NCBI GenBank assembly: GCA_025558095.1 | Contig: JAIVFI010000001.1 | Location: 1,364,001-1,428,000, forward strand | Reading direction: 5' to 3' | Source: Hyaloraphidium curvatum SAG 235-1 | Lineage: Eukaryota; Fungi; Monoblepharomycota | DNA: 64,000 bases | In this document: positions 11,550 through 22,416 of the stretch, piece by piece | Layout of the letters: each line of letters opens with the position of its first letter | Position numbering within the stretch: the first letter of the stretch is position 1 | Translations under genes and position numbers: made by a program | The notes under the pieces: generated by a model | Seen by the model: only the letters and a program-made list of their open reading frames with translations | The model's database searches: none | Told to the model about the DNA's origin: nothing

Positions 11550-11890
11550 CGGTCGATGTGCCTGGGTTGGTTGGAGTGGGTTCTGGCTTCGAGTAGAGGA
11601 GCGCTGGCTGTAGTCGGTCGACTTGATGTCGATCCAGCGTGCTCCGTGGGGTCATATATACCCGATTCGGGGTTCTTGCGACAGTTCTCGCGGCGGAAGG
11701 TTGGCGGTGCACAGCCTGGGGACCGCGGCCGGCTGCGCCTCAATTCTCGAACCCCCTCGCCAGAACCCCGCCAAAACCATCCCGGCGCCAGATATAAGCT
11801 CGGCATCGCGCCAGGACATCGCCATCAGTCGCAACAGCACTTCCAAACTCGAAACTACCGCAACCAACTCTTACCCACCTCAGCAACGAA
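11550..11890. promoter_or_regulatory. Putative bidirectional promoter of the cassette
   Basis: 341-bp spacer between divergent ATGs; TATA-like elements TATATAT (minus strand, 11654-11660) and TATAAG (plus strand, 11793-11798), each ~95-105 nt from its ATG; largely conserved in copies 2 and 3. Confidence 0.55.
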
Positions 11891-12481
11891 ATGCACGGGC
11901 GCCGCAACAACAACGTGGTCGAGGACGTCATGATCGCCGGCCTCGTCATGCAGAACTCCAAGAACAAGAAGGAGATCCGGCAGCAGCAGAGCCAGATCAA
12001 CGCCATGCAGAGCCAGCAGGCCACGCAGCAGGCCTACGCCGCCGGCGTCGCCGCTGGGTCGGGGTCGGCCTACTACGCACCGACCGCCTACGCCGTCCAG
12101 CCCGTGGCCTACGCGCAGCCGGTGCCGATGAACACTGCCCCCGTGGCGCAACCCAGGCCGGTGCAGACAGTGGTCGTCTCCCCTCCGCCCATGCCCGCGC
12201 CTCCTCCGAGGACGGCTACCCCTTCCCTCCCCGCCGGCTGGCTCCGCATCGCCGATCCTTCCACCGGAGAGCACTACTACGTGAACACTACCGTTACCCC
12301 CGCGATCACGCAGTGGGAGGCGCCCGAGGCGGCGAACTTCGCGGCGCCGGCGTGCCCGCCGCCGAAGCTGCCCAGGGGGTGGTGCGCGCGGATCGACCCC
12401 GCGACGGGGAGGGAGTTTTTCGTGTGCACGTTGGTGGAACCGGCGGCGGCGCAGTGGGAGAGGCCGGCGGTGGCGGCGTAG
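11891..12481 (+). CDS. Double WW-domain protein, copy 1 (196 aa)
   Basis: WW1 LPAGWLRIADPSTGEHYYVNT..TQWEAP; WW2 LPRGWCARIDPATGREFFVCT..AQWERP; N-terminal Gln-rich helical segment and Pro/Tyr-rich linker. Confidence 0.9.
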   Translation: MHGRRNNNVVEDVMIAGLVMQNSKNKKEIRQQQSQINAMQSQQATQQAYAAGVAAGSGSAYYAPTAYAVQPVAYAQPVPMNTAPVAQPRPVQTVVVSPPPMPAPPPRTATPSLPAGWLRIADPSTGEHYYVNTTVTPAITQWEAPEAANFAAPACPPPKLPRGWCARIDPATGREFFVCTLVEPAAAQWERPAVAA

Positions 12482-12695
12482 ATGGGGCTTTGGGAGCGAA
12501 AGGGAGAATATCATCCGGGTCAGGCATCGGATCGAGGGCTACCACGACCCAGTCCATTGCCAAAATTAGCCAAAGCAAGTCTACATCTCTGTGGTGAGGG
12601 AGTCCAACCAACCCGAAGCTGGCTGCGTTATCCGGATCGGCCGGTGGCACGTCGGACCCTCCAAGCCTCTGCCGATCCCCATCCCCAGGGCCGCC

Positions 12696-14443
12696 TTAAC
12701 CCTTCACCGTCTTGGTCGCCGTCACCGTCACCTTGACGACCTTGGTCGTCTTGATGGTCTTGGTGAACCGCTTGGTCACGAACTTGGTCGTCGACTTGGT
12801 CTGCGTGACGACCTTGGTGACCGACTTGGCGAACTTGCTGACCGTCACCGTCTTGGGCTGGAACTTGGTCGACGTGACGACCTTCGTGGCCGTGGAGGTG
12901 ACGACGACCGTCGCGGTGGCCGTGGCCGTCGTGGTCACGGTGGTGTTGGTCACGAGCACGCGCGGGTTGCGGCGCACGATCAGCCCGTGCGGGTCCCCGC
13001 GCTCCACCGCCGTGCCGTTGCCCTCGGTCACCAGGTTGTTGATGTCCCGGATGCCGCGCACGGCGCCGGTGAGTCCGCCCTCCAGGATTTCGATCACCAT
13101 CACGCCGGGGCGGTTGCCGACGGCCGCGTGGGCGTTGCTGAGCGGGCGCGGGCCGCGCGTGGCCACGTACAGGAAGCGGCCGTCGGGGGAGACGTCGGCA
13201 ATGTCCACCGCGGGATCGTCCGAGAAGGGGCTGACGAGGTTGAAGGTGTTGGCCTTGAGCCCCGTGCTGGCGTTGTACACCTCGGTGACGTGGGCGACGC
13301 GGTCGAAGTACCAGAAGAAGTTGCCGAAGCCGACGGGGGCGCCGCCGTGCGAGTCTCGGGGGCCACTGCCCAGGTCCTGGTCGATCTTCTGGATCGCCGG
13401 GGTGTTGGGCGGGTTCGACGCCTTGTACGTCTCGTTGCCGGCAACGGGGAGGCGGTAAATGAACCAGCCGTTGGGCTTGTTGGCGTTGTTGCCTCCGTTG
13501 CCCCAAACGTAGCCGCTGGACTCGCCGAAACCGCAACCATCACCTGGGAAAGGAAGGGGAAGGTCAGATCACGGCCCGCCGAGCGCATCCCCGCGAAAGA
13601 TTACCCACCGGCGATGGTGGCGTTGTCGTACTCGGCGACGATCGACATCGGGGTGGTGTAGGGGTCTACCGCGAGCATGCCGCCTCCGCGGAGGGAGACA
13701 AAGGCCGGGTACCCGCTCGAGGGCACAAATCCGCAGATGGGGGCGTTGTCTGGGCGCAGCGCGCCCTGCCGCGGGAAGCCGTTTGGCGTGAGCCCGTTGA
13801 CGAGGTCGATGGTAGCTGCTGGGTCCTGGGCAAAAGTGTTGGTGCCGAAGTTGGCCGAGATGCGCTCGAGCTTTTTGCCGTTCTGGTTGGCGACGATGAT
13901 CCACTTCTCGTCCGGGGTCAGGACCGAGGCGTGGGCCTGGATGCGGCCCTGGTCGCCGACTTCGGTGCGGAAGCAGGCCACCGGCGTGCGGGTGGGGGCG
14001 TCGAAGATGACGACGTGGCCCGAGGTGACGAAGGAGACGATGATGTGGCTGCCGTTCTTGGTGGTGGCGGCCATGTGCGGGCGGACGGGGCGTGCGTTCG
14101 TCTTGGAGAGGCAAAGCGTGGTGGTGAGGCCGGCGAGCTCGATGACCTCGTAGACGGATGCGTTGACGACGTTGGTGCGGAGGTGCTCGCCGTCGTAGAT
14201 GTAGATCCGCCCGCCGAAGCTGGGCAGGGCCGTGGAGTTGACGCGGCCGGTGTCGGACTGGTCGAGCACCCAGACCTCGTGGCGGAGCGCGGGGTCGACG
14301 ACGGTCACTCCGGGCACCTGCGGCGGCGCGGGCACGGGCGGCGGGGGGACGTAGGGCTGCGCGCGCGCGGGCGCGGCGAGGAGCGCGGCGGCCATCAGCG
14401 CGGCGGCGGCGAGCGCCGCCGGCGTGCGGCTAAGTAGCTGCAT
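12696..14443 (-). CDS. Secreted beta-propeller-like (YncE/cytochrome cd1-like) protein with Thr/Lys/Val-rich tail; 2 exons
   Basis: ATG 14443 with Ala/Leu signal peptide; blade-like motifs EVWVLDQS, VRPHM, SGHVVIFDA, AHASVLTPDEKWIIVANQ, DVSPDGRFLYVATRG, DPHGLIVR; intron ~13544-13608 joins ORFs 13601 and 12696. Confidence 0.75.
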
Positions 14444-15240
14444 GGTGCTCTCGAAGGAAGCTGAGTGGCTCGGGGTGGAGCGATGCCGAAAAAGCTGGTG
14501 GCCAGCAGGTGACAGGTCCGAGGCTCGAGGAGACACAGCCACTGCCGAGCGATGAGGAAAGTCAGATCGTCGGCTCCCGGAACGCGCCCAACGGCCGTGA
14601 ATGCCTACCGCTTCGGCCAAGAGGGAGTTTGTTCAGATCTTGCGACCGGGCCAGACTTTGTTTTCAACGGGGCGAAGAGGGTGCCCTTGCGCTGAAATGC
14701 GCACCATCATCCCGATGGCACCATCTCGGCGGTCTGACCGGGAACCGTTCAGGTGCATCCCGACGAAGGAGGACGCTTTATGAACCTCTTGATTGATTTC
14801 CAAACAATCGCGTCCGAGACGGCGGTGGGCGCGGCCTGCAAATGCATGCGCCGAGTGATCGGGCGGTCGGGCCGGCAGAAACGGGTGGGCGCAACTCCAG
14901 AGACCGCCGATCCCCGATCCCCGACGGCCCGGATCGGCAGTGCCAAGGTTGCCCGGGCGATCTCCTATAGATTTGCCTCGGATTTTCCCCGCAGATCCGG
15001 TACAGGTGTACCGTCGGTATTGCACTTGGGCGCGGGGGCGACAAGACTAGGAGCCTTGCTATACCGACTCCCATCCCGGCCCGATCTCCCGTCTCAAGGG
15101 CAAGGTACATCTCCGAAGATGGCTCCATGCTCGGGCCTACGCTCGGGATGGACCGCTGCCGGATCTCGTCCGCGCCGGCGCGGGGTCTGACTGGCCCACG
15201 ACTTCGGCTGTAAACAACCACCCCCGCCGCACTCCGCCCG

Positions 15241-16092
15241 ATGATCGAGCTCATCCCGTGCCTCGGCGCCCGCGCCTCCGAGAGCTCCGACGGGCCCGCC
15301 GCGGTCCGCGATGTGCCCGATTCGCCGACGGACGCGTTCCACCCGACCGCCGCCCGCGTCGTCGTCGTGTTCCGGTCGGGCGACGGGCTCGCCGGCAGGT
15401 CGCGCATCGCGGCCACGTGGATCGCCGTCGACGTCGGCGACGCCGCGCCGCCGAACACGGTGATCGCCACGACGGAGAAGCCGCTCGCGGTGCCGGCCGG
15501 CCGAGATGCCGAGTGGTTCTCCGGCAACTTCTCGATGTCGCGCCCCAACGCCGGCTGGCCCGCGGGGAAATACCGCGTCGACATCGCCGTCGACGGCGAG
15601 CCCGCCGCGTCGGCCGCGTTCTCGGTCTCGGACGCCGGGCTCGGCGCGACGGACGACCTGCCCCGCGCGCGCGACTTCCAGGCCGTGGCGTGCGAGGCCG
15701 TCGACGCGTCGAACCCGGACGAGATCGAGGCCCCGGTGAACCCCACCGACACCTTCAGAACGGACGCCGAGACCCTGTTCGTCGTCTGGAGGTCCAAGAT
15801 CCTGGCCGCACTGCACGCCGCCGGCGAGGCCAAGACGATCATGGCGGCCTGGGTCGCCGTCGACGTCGGCCCGTTCGCGCCCCCGGGTACGGTGATCGAT
15901 TCGGTCGGAATTGATCTCGACCAGCTCTTTCCCGCGCAGGAGCGGGGCAAAGGCAAATGGTATTCCGGACATTTCAGTCTCGGCAGGCCGGACCGCGGGT
16001 GGCCGGTGGGCGACTACCGCACCGAGATCCACATCCGCTACACGGACAAAGAGGAGCAGCTCGCCGTAATACCGTTCTCGATCATTCAGTGA
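15241..16092 (+). CDS. Hypothetical protein with two tandem ~130-aa beta-rich (Ig-like) domains, intronless
   Basis: Internal duplication: ATWIAVDVGDAAPPNTVI..WFSGNFSMSRPNAGWPAGKYRVDI versus AAWVAVDVGPFAPPGTVI..WYSGHFSLGRPDRGWPVGDYRTEI. Confidence 0.8.
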   Translation: MIELIPCLGARASESSDGPAAVRDVPDSPTDAFHPTAARVVVVFRSGDGLAGRSRIAATWIAVDVGDAAPPNTVIATTEKPLAVPAGRDAEWFSGNFSMSRPNAGWPAGKYRVDIAVDGEPAASAAFSVSDAGLGATDDLPRARDFQAVACEAVDASNPDEIEAPVNPTDTFRTDAETLFVVWRSKILAALHAAGEAKTIMAAWVAVDVGPFAPPGTVIDSVGIDLDQLFPAQERGKGKWYSGHFSLGRPDRGWPVGDYRTEIHIRYTDKEEQLAVIPFSIIQ

Positions 16093-16160
16093 CAAATACT
16101 TTATCAGAGGCCAACTCATTTACTCGCCCTGATGGTGGACTTGATCCGCAGGCGAACGCC

Positions 16161-17080
16161 CTACGCGTTCCGCATCTCGGGCTGCCCCGCGGCGCTCGAC
16201 GGGCTCTCGGCCTCCGGTTCCGCCTCCCCCGCCTCCACCCCTCCCCTCCCCGCCGCCGGCGCCTTCCTCTCCGCGGCGAACACCAGCGCCCCGCTGAGCA
16301 GGTTGCTCCCGTACAGCACGCACAGCACGATGGCGATGGCCATGTCGGTCTCGAACAGCTGCGCCACGTGGCCAAAGTACCGCGACCCCGCAAACACCGA
16401 GGCCGTGTTGAAGGGCACGGTGACGTTGGTCGGCACGCCGAGGGCGGCGGTGGCGGCGGCCGAGGCGGCGGCGCTCAGCACGGCGTTGAAGCTGACGGGG
16501 TTGGCGTAGGTCACGGCGGCGGTGTACTTGGCGTTGAAGCCGGGGCTGAGGAAGTAGGATAGGCAGCCGAATCCGATGACTTTTCGCTCGGATCAGACCC
16601 CTGCAAACACCCCCCCGCGGCGCCGGCGAGACCCACCGCCGATGACCCCCGTGAGGATCAGGAACTCGCCGTAGGCCTTGCGGGTGCCGGCGTTGGGGTA
16701 GGCCTTGAAGCCAAAGACGAGGCTGAAGACGTACTGCAGGCCGAAGAGGATGGAGATGATGTTGCCGATGATGTGGAGGATGGGCTCCCTGGCAAGCGGG
16801 GCGGCAGAAAGGAGGGCAGAAAATCGACAGGAGAAGAGGAAGAGGAAGTCGATTTTCAGTCCTGGCGTCGGCCGACGGCGACGGACGGCGGGGCGACGAA
16901 CCAGGTGTAGGCCGGCTTGCTCCCGACCGGGGGATCCGGCACCACGAGCCGCAGGAACACGGCGAAGTCCACCACCGAGAGCAGGAAGATGGTCACCGAG
17001 ACGAAGTTGACGAGCGCGGCCGATGTCCAGGTGGCGCGCAGCTTCGCGAGGGTGTCGCGGTCCGGCTTGGCGAAGTGCAT
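16161..17080 (-). CDS. Hypothetical ~4-TM membrane protein; 3 exons
   Basis: ATG 17080 (MHFAKPDRD); introns near 16790-16902 and 16581-16636 give a continuous frame with four hydrophobic segments and a large loop between TM3 and TM4. Confidence 0.7.
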
Positions 17081-17405
17081 GGTTGCGCGGAACGGAGGGG
17101 CGCTGCTGGGTGCGGGTTGGAAAATCATTGCGATGAGAAGCGCGTGAACGTACGGAGAAGGCGGGAGGAGGCCGGGATGGTGCGCGAGACCCTGGTCGGT
17201 GGTGGAGATTTGCGGTGTTGCGCAGGACGCTGGGCCCAGCCTAAAGGACCGCCGCGCATCAACACCCGGATCCCTGGCATATCGAAGCCATCTCCTGGAC
17301 AAAGTACGTGCGATCATTTCTCAGCGATGGTTGCTCAGCGGATTGGTATTCAACTTCATGATTCATTTCGATTTTGGCAGCACGTGCGAATCCGAATCCG
17401 GCCAT

Positions 17406-17996
17406 CTACGCCGCCACCGCCGGCCTCTCCCACTGCACCGCCGCCGGCTCCACCAGCGTGCACACGAAGAACTCCCTCCCCGTGGCGGGATCGATCCGCG
17501 CGCACCATCCCCTGGGCAGCTTCGGCGGCGGGCACGCCGGCGCCGCGAAGTTCGCCGCCTCGGGCGCCTCCCACTGCGTGATCGCGGGGGTGGCGTTGGT
17601 GTTCACGTAGTAGTGCTCTCCCGTGGAAGGATCGGCGATGCGGAGCCAGCCGGCGGGGAGGGAAGGGGTAGCCGGCCTCGGAGGAGGCGCGGGCATGGGC
17701 GGAGGGGAGACGACCACCGTCTGCACCGGCCTGGGTTGCGCCACGGGGGCAGTGTTCATCGGCACCGGCTGCGCGTAGGCCACGGGCTGGGCGGCGTAGG
17801 CGGTCGGTGCGTAGTAGGCCGACCCCGACCCAGCGGCGACGCCGGCGGCGTAGGCCTGCTGCGTGGCCTGCTGGCTCTGCATGGCGTTGATCTGGCTCTG
17901 CTGCTGCCGGATCTCCTTCTTGTTCTTGGAGTTCTGCATGACGAGGCCGGCGATCATGACGTCCTCGACCACGTTGTTGTTGCGGCGCCCGTGCAT
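17406..17996 (-). CDS. Double WW-domain protein, copy 2
   Basis: 196 aa, about 5 substitutions relative to copy 1. Confidence 0.9.
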   Translation of the reverse strand: MHGRRNNNVVEDVMIAGLVMQNSKNKKEIRQQQSQINAMQSQQATQQAYAAGVAAGSGSAYYAPTAYAAQPVAYAQPVPMNTAPVAQPRPVQTVVVSPPPMPAPPPRPATPSLPAGWLRIADPSTGEHYYVNTNATPAITQWEAPEAANFAAPACPPPKLPRGWCARIDPATGREFFVCTLVEPAAVQWERPAVAA

Positions 17997-18335
17997 TTCG
18001 TTGCTGAGGTGGGTAAGAGTTGGTTGCGGTAGTTTCGAGCTTGGAAGTGCTGTTGCGACTGATGGCGATGTCCTGCCGCGATGCCGAGCTTATATCTGGC
18101 GCCGGGATGGTTTTGGCGGGGTTCTGGCGAGGGGGTTCGAGAATGAGGCGCAGCCGGCGGCGGTCCCTCGCTGTGCACAGCATCCTTCCGCCGCGAGAAC
18201 TCTCGCCAGAACCCGCGAATCGGGTGTATATGACCCCGCGGAGCACGCTGGAACGACATCAAGTCGACCGACAACAGCCAGCGCTCCTCTACTCGAAGCC
18301 AGAACCCACTCCAACCAACCCAGGCACATCGACCG

Positions 18336-18989
18336 ATGGCCCGCCTGAACGCCACCCTCCTCGCCCTCGCCGGCGCCCTCATCGCCGCCATGCTGTCTCC
18401 CGCAAACGCGCAACTCCTTGACCTCAACACGACGGACCCTGCACCGATGCCCTGCGTCGCCGACGTCGCCTTCGCCCTGCCCAACAACGTGCCGTGGTCG
18501 CCCTCGCCCGTCAGGGCCCCCGGTCTCGTCCTCGGCCCCGTCAAGCCGGGCTCGTACTACGGGGTGATGGTCGACACCGTCAAGGCCTTCTCGGACAACT
18601 CGACGCACGGATGCTCGGCACCGGGTACCGGCGGCGACTGCGGCGACCAGTCGGGCCAGCTCTGGCTGACCGTCAACGCCGCGGGCATCACGGCCATGTA
18701 CTCGCCCCGGGCTTCGGGGCCCGTGGTCGGCCGCGTGAGGCAGATGTCGATGTGGTGGTCGTGCGCCAGGCCGGAAAGCTGGGAGCAGATCCGCGCGGGG
18801 GCCGCCACCCAGAAGACCTTCGACGCCTGCACGGACCTCTACTCGTACACCGTCGCGTCGACGGACTCGCAGAAGCCGTTCCCGCAGTGCGCGGACGGGT
18901 ACTATGTCGTGTTGCAGGCGTACGAGTACTCGCTGCCGCAGAGCTGCATCATCCCGGGGTGCCCCGCCAACTCGACTCATCAGGCTTAG
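18336..18989 (+). CDS. Secreted Cys-rich hypothetical protein, copy 2
   Basis: 217 aa, near-identical to 10899-11549; all 8 Cys retained. Confidence 0.85.
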   Translation: MARLNATLLALAGALIAAMLSPANAQLLDLNTTDPAPMPCVADVAFALPNNVPWSPSPVRAPGLVLGPVKPGSYYGVMVDTVKAFSDNSTHGCSAPGTGGDCGDQSGQLWLTVNAAGITAMYSPRASGPVVGRVRQMSMWWSCARPESWEQIRAGAATQKTFDACTDLYSYTVASTDSQKPFPQCADGYYVVLQAYEYSLPQSCIIPGCPANSTHQA

Positions 18990-19120
18990 CTGCGACTGCA
19001 ACTCGGTGTACTCAGTCAATTGATGCACCTGCCAACCTATTGTGTTCGAGGGAGCTTCATGTATCCGCAGCCCGGTTCTGCGCGGTCCGGCATCGCTGCA
19101 TTTGCACCGATGCCAGTGCT

Positions 19121-20828
19121 TCAGACGTTCGGGCAGGCCGATTCGACCGTGAGGAACACCCCCGCCCCGCGCAGGATGCTCCAGACGCCGAACGCGACGG
19201 TGAACCCAGTGATGCACAGCGTCCGCACCGCCCCGAACGACACGGGCAACCCGAGGAAGCGCTGCCTTTGCTCGCCGATCTCGGCGAAAGAGCCCAACAC
19301 CTCCGCATGCCGCGCCAAGGCCGCCGAAAGCCGCGTCATGCGCGCATCGCCGTCGGGGAGGCGGGCCGCGCGCGCGGCAGCGGCGGTGGCGAGCTCGCGG
19401 GCCTCACGCCGGGCCTGGAGGTAGAGGTCCGCGGCGGCGGAGACCTGCGTGTTGCCCGTTGCAACGATGATGAGCTCCAAGACGAGGAGGAAGAGCAATA
19501 GGGCAAGAGTGAGGAGGAATCCAAGCGGGATGCAAGATCCTGTGGCCTGCAAAATGAAAGGTCAGCCGATGATCATCGGGGAGGCAGACCGAGGGAACCA
19601 ACGATAAAGACGACGATATACACGACGAAGCTTACTATAGCCGACGAGTAAAAGCTTTGTACGTAGCCAAGCTGGACGACACGCTGGTCGAATGCTGTCG
19701 CAACCCAGGGCTGGAGCGCTTGGTACGGCTCTGCGTCCGGAAGGGAGTCCAATGCAGCTGCAGACACCTCCGTGGAAGCTTCAAGAGCATCCCGGTAACG
19801 TCGAAGGAACGCCGACATATGCAGCCTCAGCGCCCTGTGTGTTAGACGGGCATTCAAATTGAGGACATGGACGCTGGTGCCGAAAACACCCAGGGTGTTT
19901 AGAACCTGAGTGTCGAACTGGAAAATCACTAAGATTTGATCAGGAGATCTTCGACGTCGCGCCTCGGCGTCCGCTTACAGGTCAGCGAAGCCATGACGCA
20001 CGTCCACGGGGTTCCCCAAGTTGCCTCTCCGAAGGTGAACAGAAGCGTCCACAGGGCGCAACAGTAAGTGATGAAAAGGTACGCGAAAGTTGGCAATGTC
20101 TGCAACGTCAGCCGGTCGACAAGGATGCGTCCGGGAATCCGACCGGCACACAACATCCTCCCGCACGGGCAAAGCCGGTCCCCGGGCCCATGGGCCAGCA
20201 AACTGTCCGGTCCCGCGATGTCGACTTTGGGCTCGAGGTCCGGACGTGCAGGACTCGCGGGTCCTCCGACGAGCTGTATCCAGCGCACCAGCGGCGCAAG
20301 CGCATGTCCGTCGAGGCCCACATTTCCCCGCGCGGCCGGGCCATCTGAGGTCTTCTCGGATCTCAGCCAGACAACGAAGCGGTAGATGAATATGTTCACG
20401 GCCCAGGCCAGGAAAAGGCACACGTTATCTGCCACGGCGGCGGGGATATAATCGGCCGGGGGTCCGGCGGGTTGGAGGGGGAACCTACAGGTTGCGAGCT
20501 GCTTCGTCCCAAACCGGCCGTCGTTCCGCCACCAAATCGTGGCCATAACTATCATCGTGGTAGTGAAGCCCAGCAACCGCCTCAGCTGCGGGCGGTAGCT
20601 GAGAAAGGGAGACAGCTGGATCCGCAGAGCGAGCCGCAGCCCGGGGTACGGCTCCAGGGCGCGCAGCATCTCGGCCTCCGTCAGCGGTTCTGATCGGAGC
20701 TCGTGCGCCGGGTCCGCTTCCTCGCTCCGCAGGTCGAAGGTGCCGCCGAGGGACCGCTTCGCGGGCGACGCCGGCACGACCGGGAAGACGGCCCGGAACT
20801 CCTCCGGGCCCAGCAGGAGGCGAGGCAT
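19121..20828 (-). CDS. Multi-pass (about 7 TM) membrane protein, possibly gustatory-receptor-like (7TMIC)
   Basis: ORFs 19929-20828, 19573-19929 and 19121-19552 are joined by GT..AG introns; seven hydrophobic segments; C-terminus RFLGLPVSFGAVRTLCITGFTVAFGVWSIL. The CDS is well supported; the family call is inference. Confidence 0.7.
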
Positions 20829-21483
20829 GATTCGGGACGAGCGAATGGTGGGCCGGGCGGGTCCGCGGGCAGACGGGTGAACGGCGGAGGATTCGATGGA
20901 AGCGCGCGCGGCGAGACGGGCCGGCAGCTGCTGCGAACTGCGAACGGCCTTCCCGTGAAAAGTCAGACTATGTTATGGCCAGCAGTGCAATGCACTCAGC
21001 CAGATGAACTTCTTGCTATGATTGCTGGCTTGATCCGTTCCAGCACATCGGCGAGGACGAGGGGTTGACCAGCGTGCACCGCTGCCATGGGGAGAGCTCC
21101 ACCATCAAGCGCGCTTTATCCAATCATCTCGCAAAGCTGATATCCGGCGTCCGAGGCCCTCCTCGCCAGAATCGTCCTGGTTCGGGAGCGTCCGGACGAC
21201 GTCAGCCGCCCCCGCCGTCCCTCTGCGCCACATCGACAAAACTCAAACGACTCACACTCCATGCCCGACGGAACCCCGAATCTCCCCATGCTCCCCGGCG
21301 CGATACCCGCGGAAGGCGGCTTCCCCGACGAACCGCCCAAACAGTCCCCCGAGCCGGCCCGCGGCGTGGGTACCCCGCCGAAAAGTCCGGGGACGCGGGC
21401 ACCGACGCCCCCTCCTCCCGCAGGACAACAGCGCCGCCACGACCTCCTTCCGCGCCTCGGTCCTCGACGAGGGCTCCAAAAGG

Positions 21484-22416
21484 ATGACGCCCTCCGCGGC
21501 GGCGCTGGCCGCGGAGCGCCACGCCTTCCTGCGGCACTCGTCGTTCCGCGCCGCCCCCGACTCTGCCCCCGCGGGGCCGTTCGGCGACCCGGAGCTGGTG
21601 TTCCGCACCGATTCTTCGGGGGCAATAGCGAATCCGGCGCCGCTGGGCTTGTTTTCGTTCGCCCTGACGACGCTCTTCCTGTCGTTCAAGAACGCGGGCG
21701 CGGTCGAGGGCCAGTTTGCCGACGTGGTGTTTGCCTATGCCATTGCGCTGGGGGGGATCGTGCAGATATTGGCGGGCCAGTGGGAGTTTGTGAAGAGTGG
21801 GTGTCGTTCTCGGAGGAGGGGCCGCAGGACTTGGAGGGACGAGGACTGATCTCAATTTCTCCTCCTGGGATTACTCAAATTTGGCTCCCACACCATCCGA
21901 ACCCGCTGATCTGCATTCTACGGCAAACAGAAAACACGTTCGGTGCCGTGGCGTTCAACGCGTACGGCGCCTTCTGGATCGGCATCGCCCTGTTCCACTA
22001 TTCCGGCCTCGCCTGGCCGAGCACGGAACCCAAGGCGACCAAGGGCATGACGGCCTTCTTTGCCATCTGGGCCGTGTTCACGCTGGCCATGTGGACGCTG
22101 ACCTTCCGCATCTCGGTCGCGCTGTGCGTGACCTTCGGACTGCTGGTGGGCCGACCGCACCCAATCGGTGATCCCGGCTCGCTCGCTGACCACGGCCCCC
22201 CTGCAGTTCATCACCTTCGTCCTCCTCGCCGGCGGGCTCTACTCTGCCGCGTGCGAGCAGGCCGCGGGGTACCTCGGCATCTTCACCGGCCTCGCGGCGG
22301 GCTACGCGGCTTTTGCCGCGCTGGCCAACGAGATGGAGGGGCGCGAGGTGGTCCCCGTGGGGCCGTTCGCGGAGATTTGGAAGCGGAGGAGGGAGGCGGC
22401 GGGCAAGGCGGTATAG
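21484..22416 (+). CDS. GPR1/FUN34/YaaH (ATO/ADY2-type) acetate/ammonia transporter; 3 exons
   Basis: Signatures ANPAPLGLFSFALTT, GGIVQILAGQWEF, NTFGAVAFNAYGAFW; introns ~21797-21930 and ~22146-22206. Confidence 0.92.

Larger units (their letters stand above)
10899..12484. repeat. Two-gene cassette copy 1 (secreted Cys-rich gene, shared promoter, WW gene)
   Basis: Near-identical to the reverse complement of 17403-18989 and, apart from an internal inversion, to 31229-32843, including the non-coding spacer. Confidence 0.95.
17403..18989. repeat. Two-gene cassette copy 2 (inverted relative to copy 1)
   Basis: Reverse complement of 10899-12484 with scattered substitutions; both ORFs intact. Confidence 0.95.

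Noticed and set aside
10899-18989. Composite transposon or IS pair
   Set aside because: The repeats encode no transposase or integrase, and I found no terminal inverted repeats or target-site duplications at their edges.
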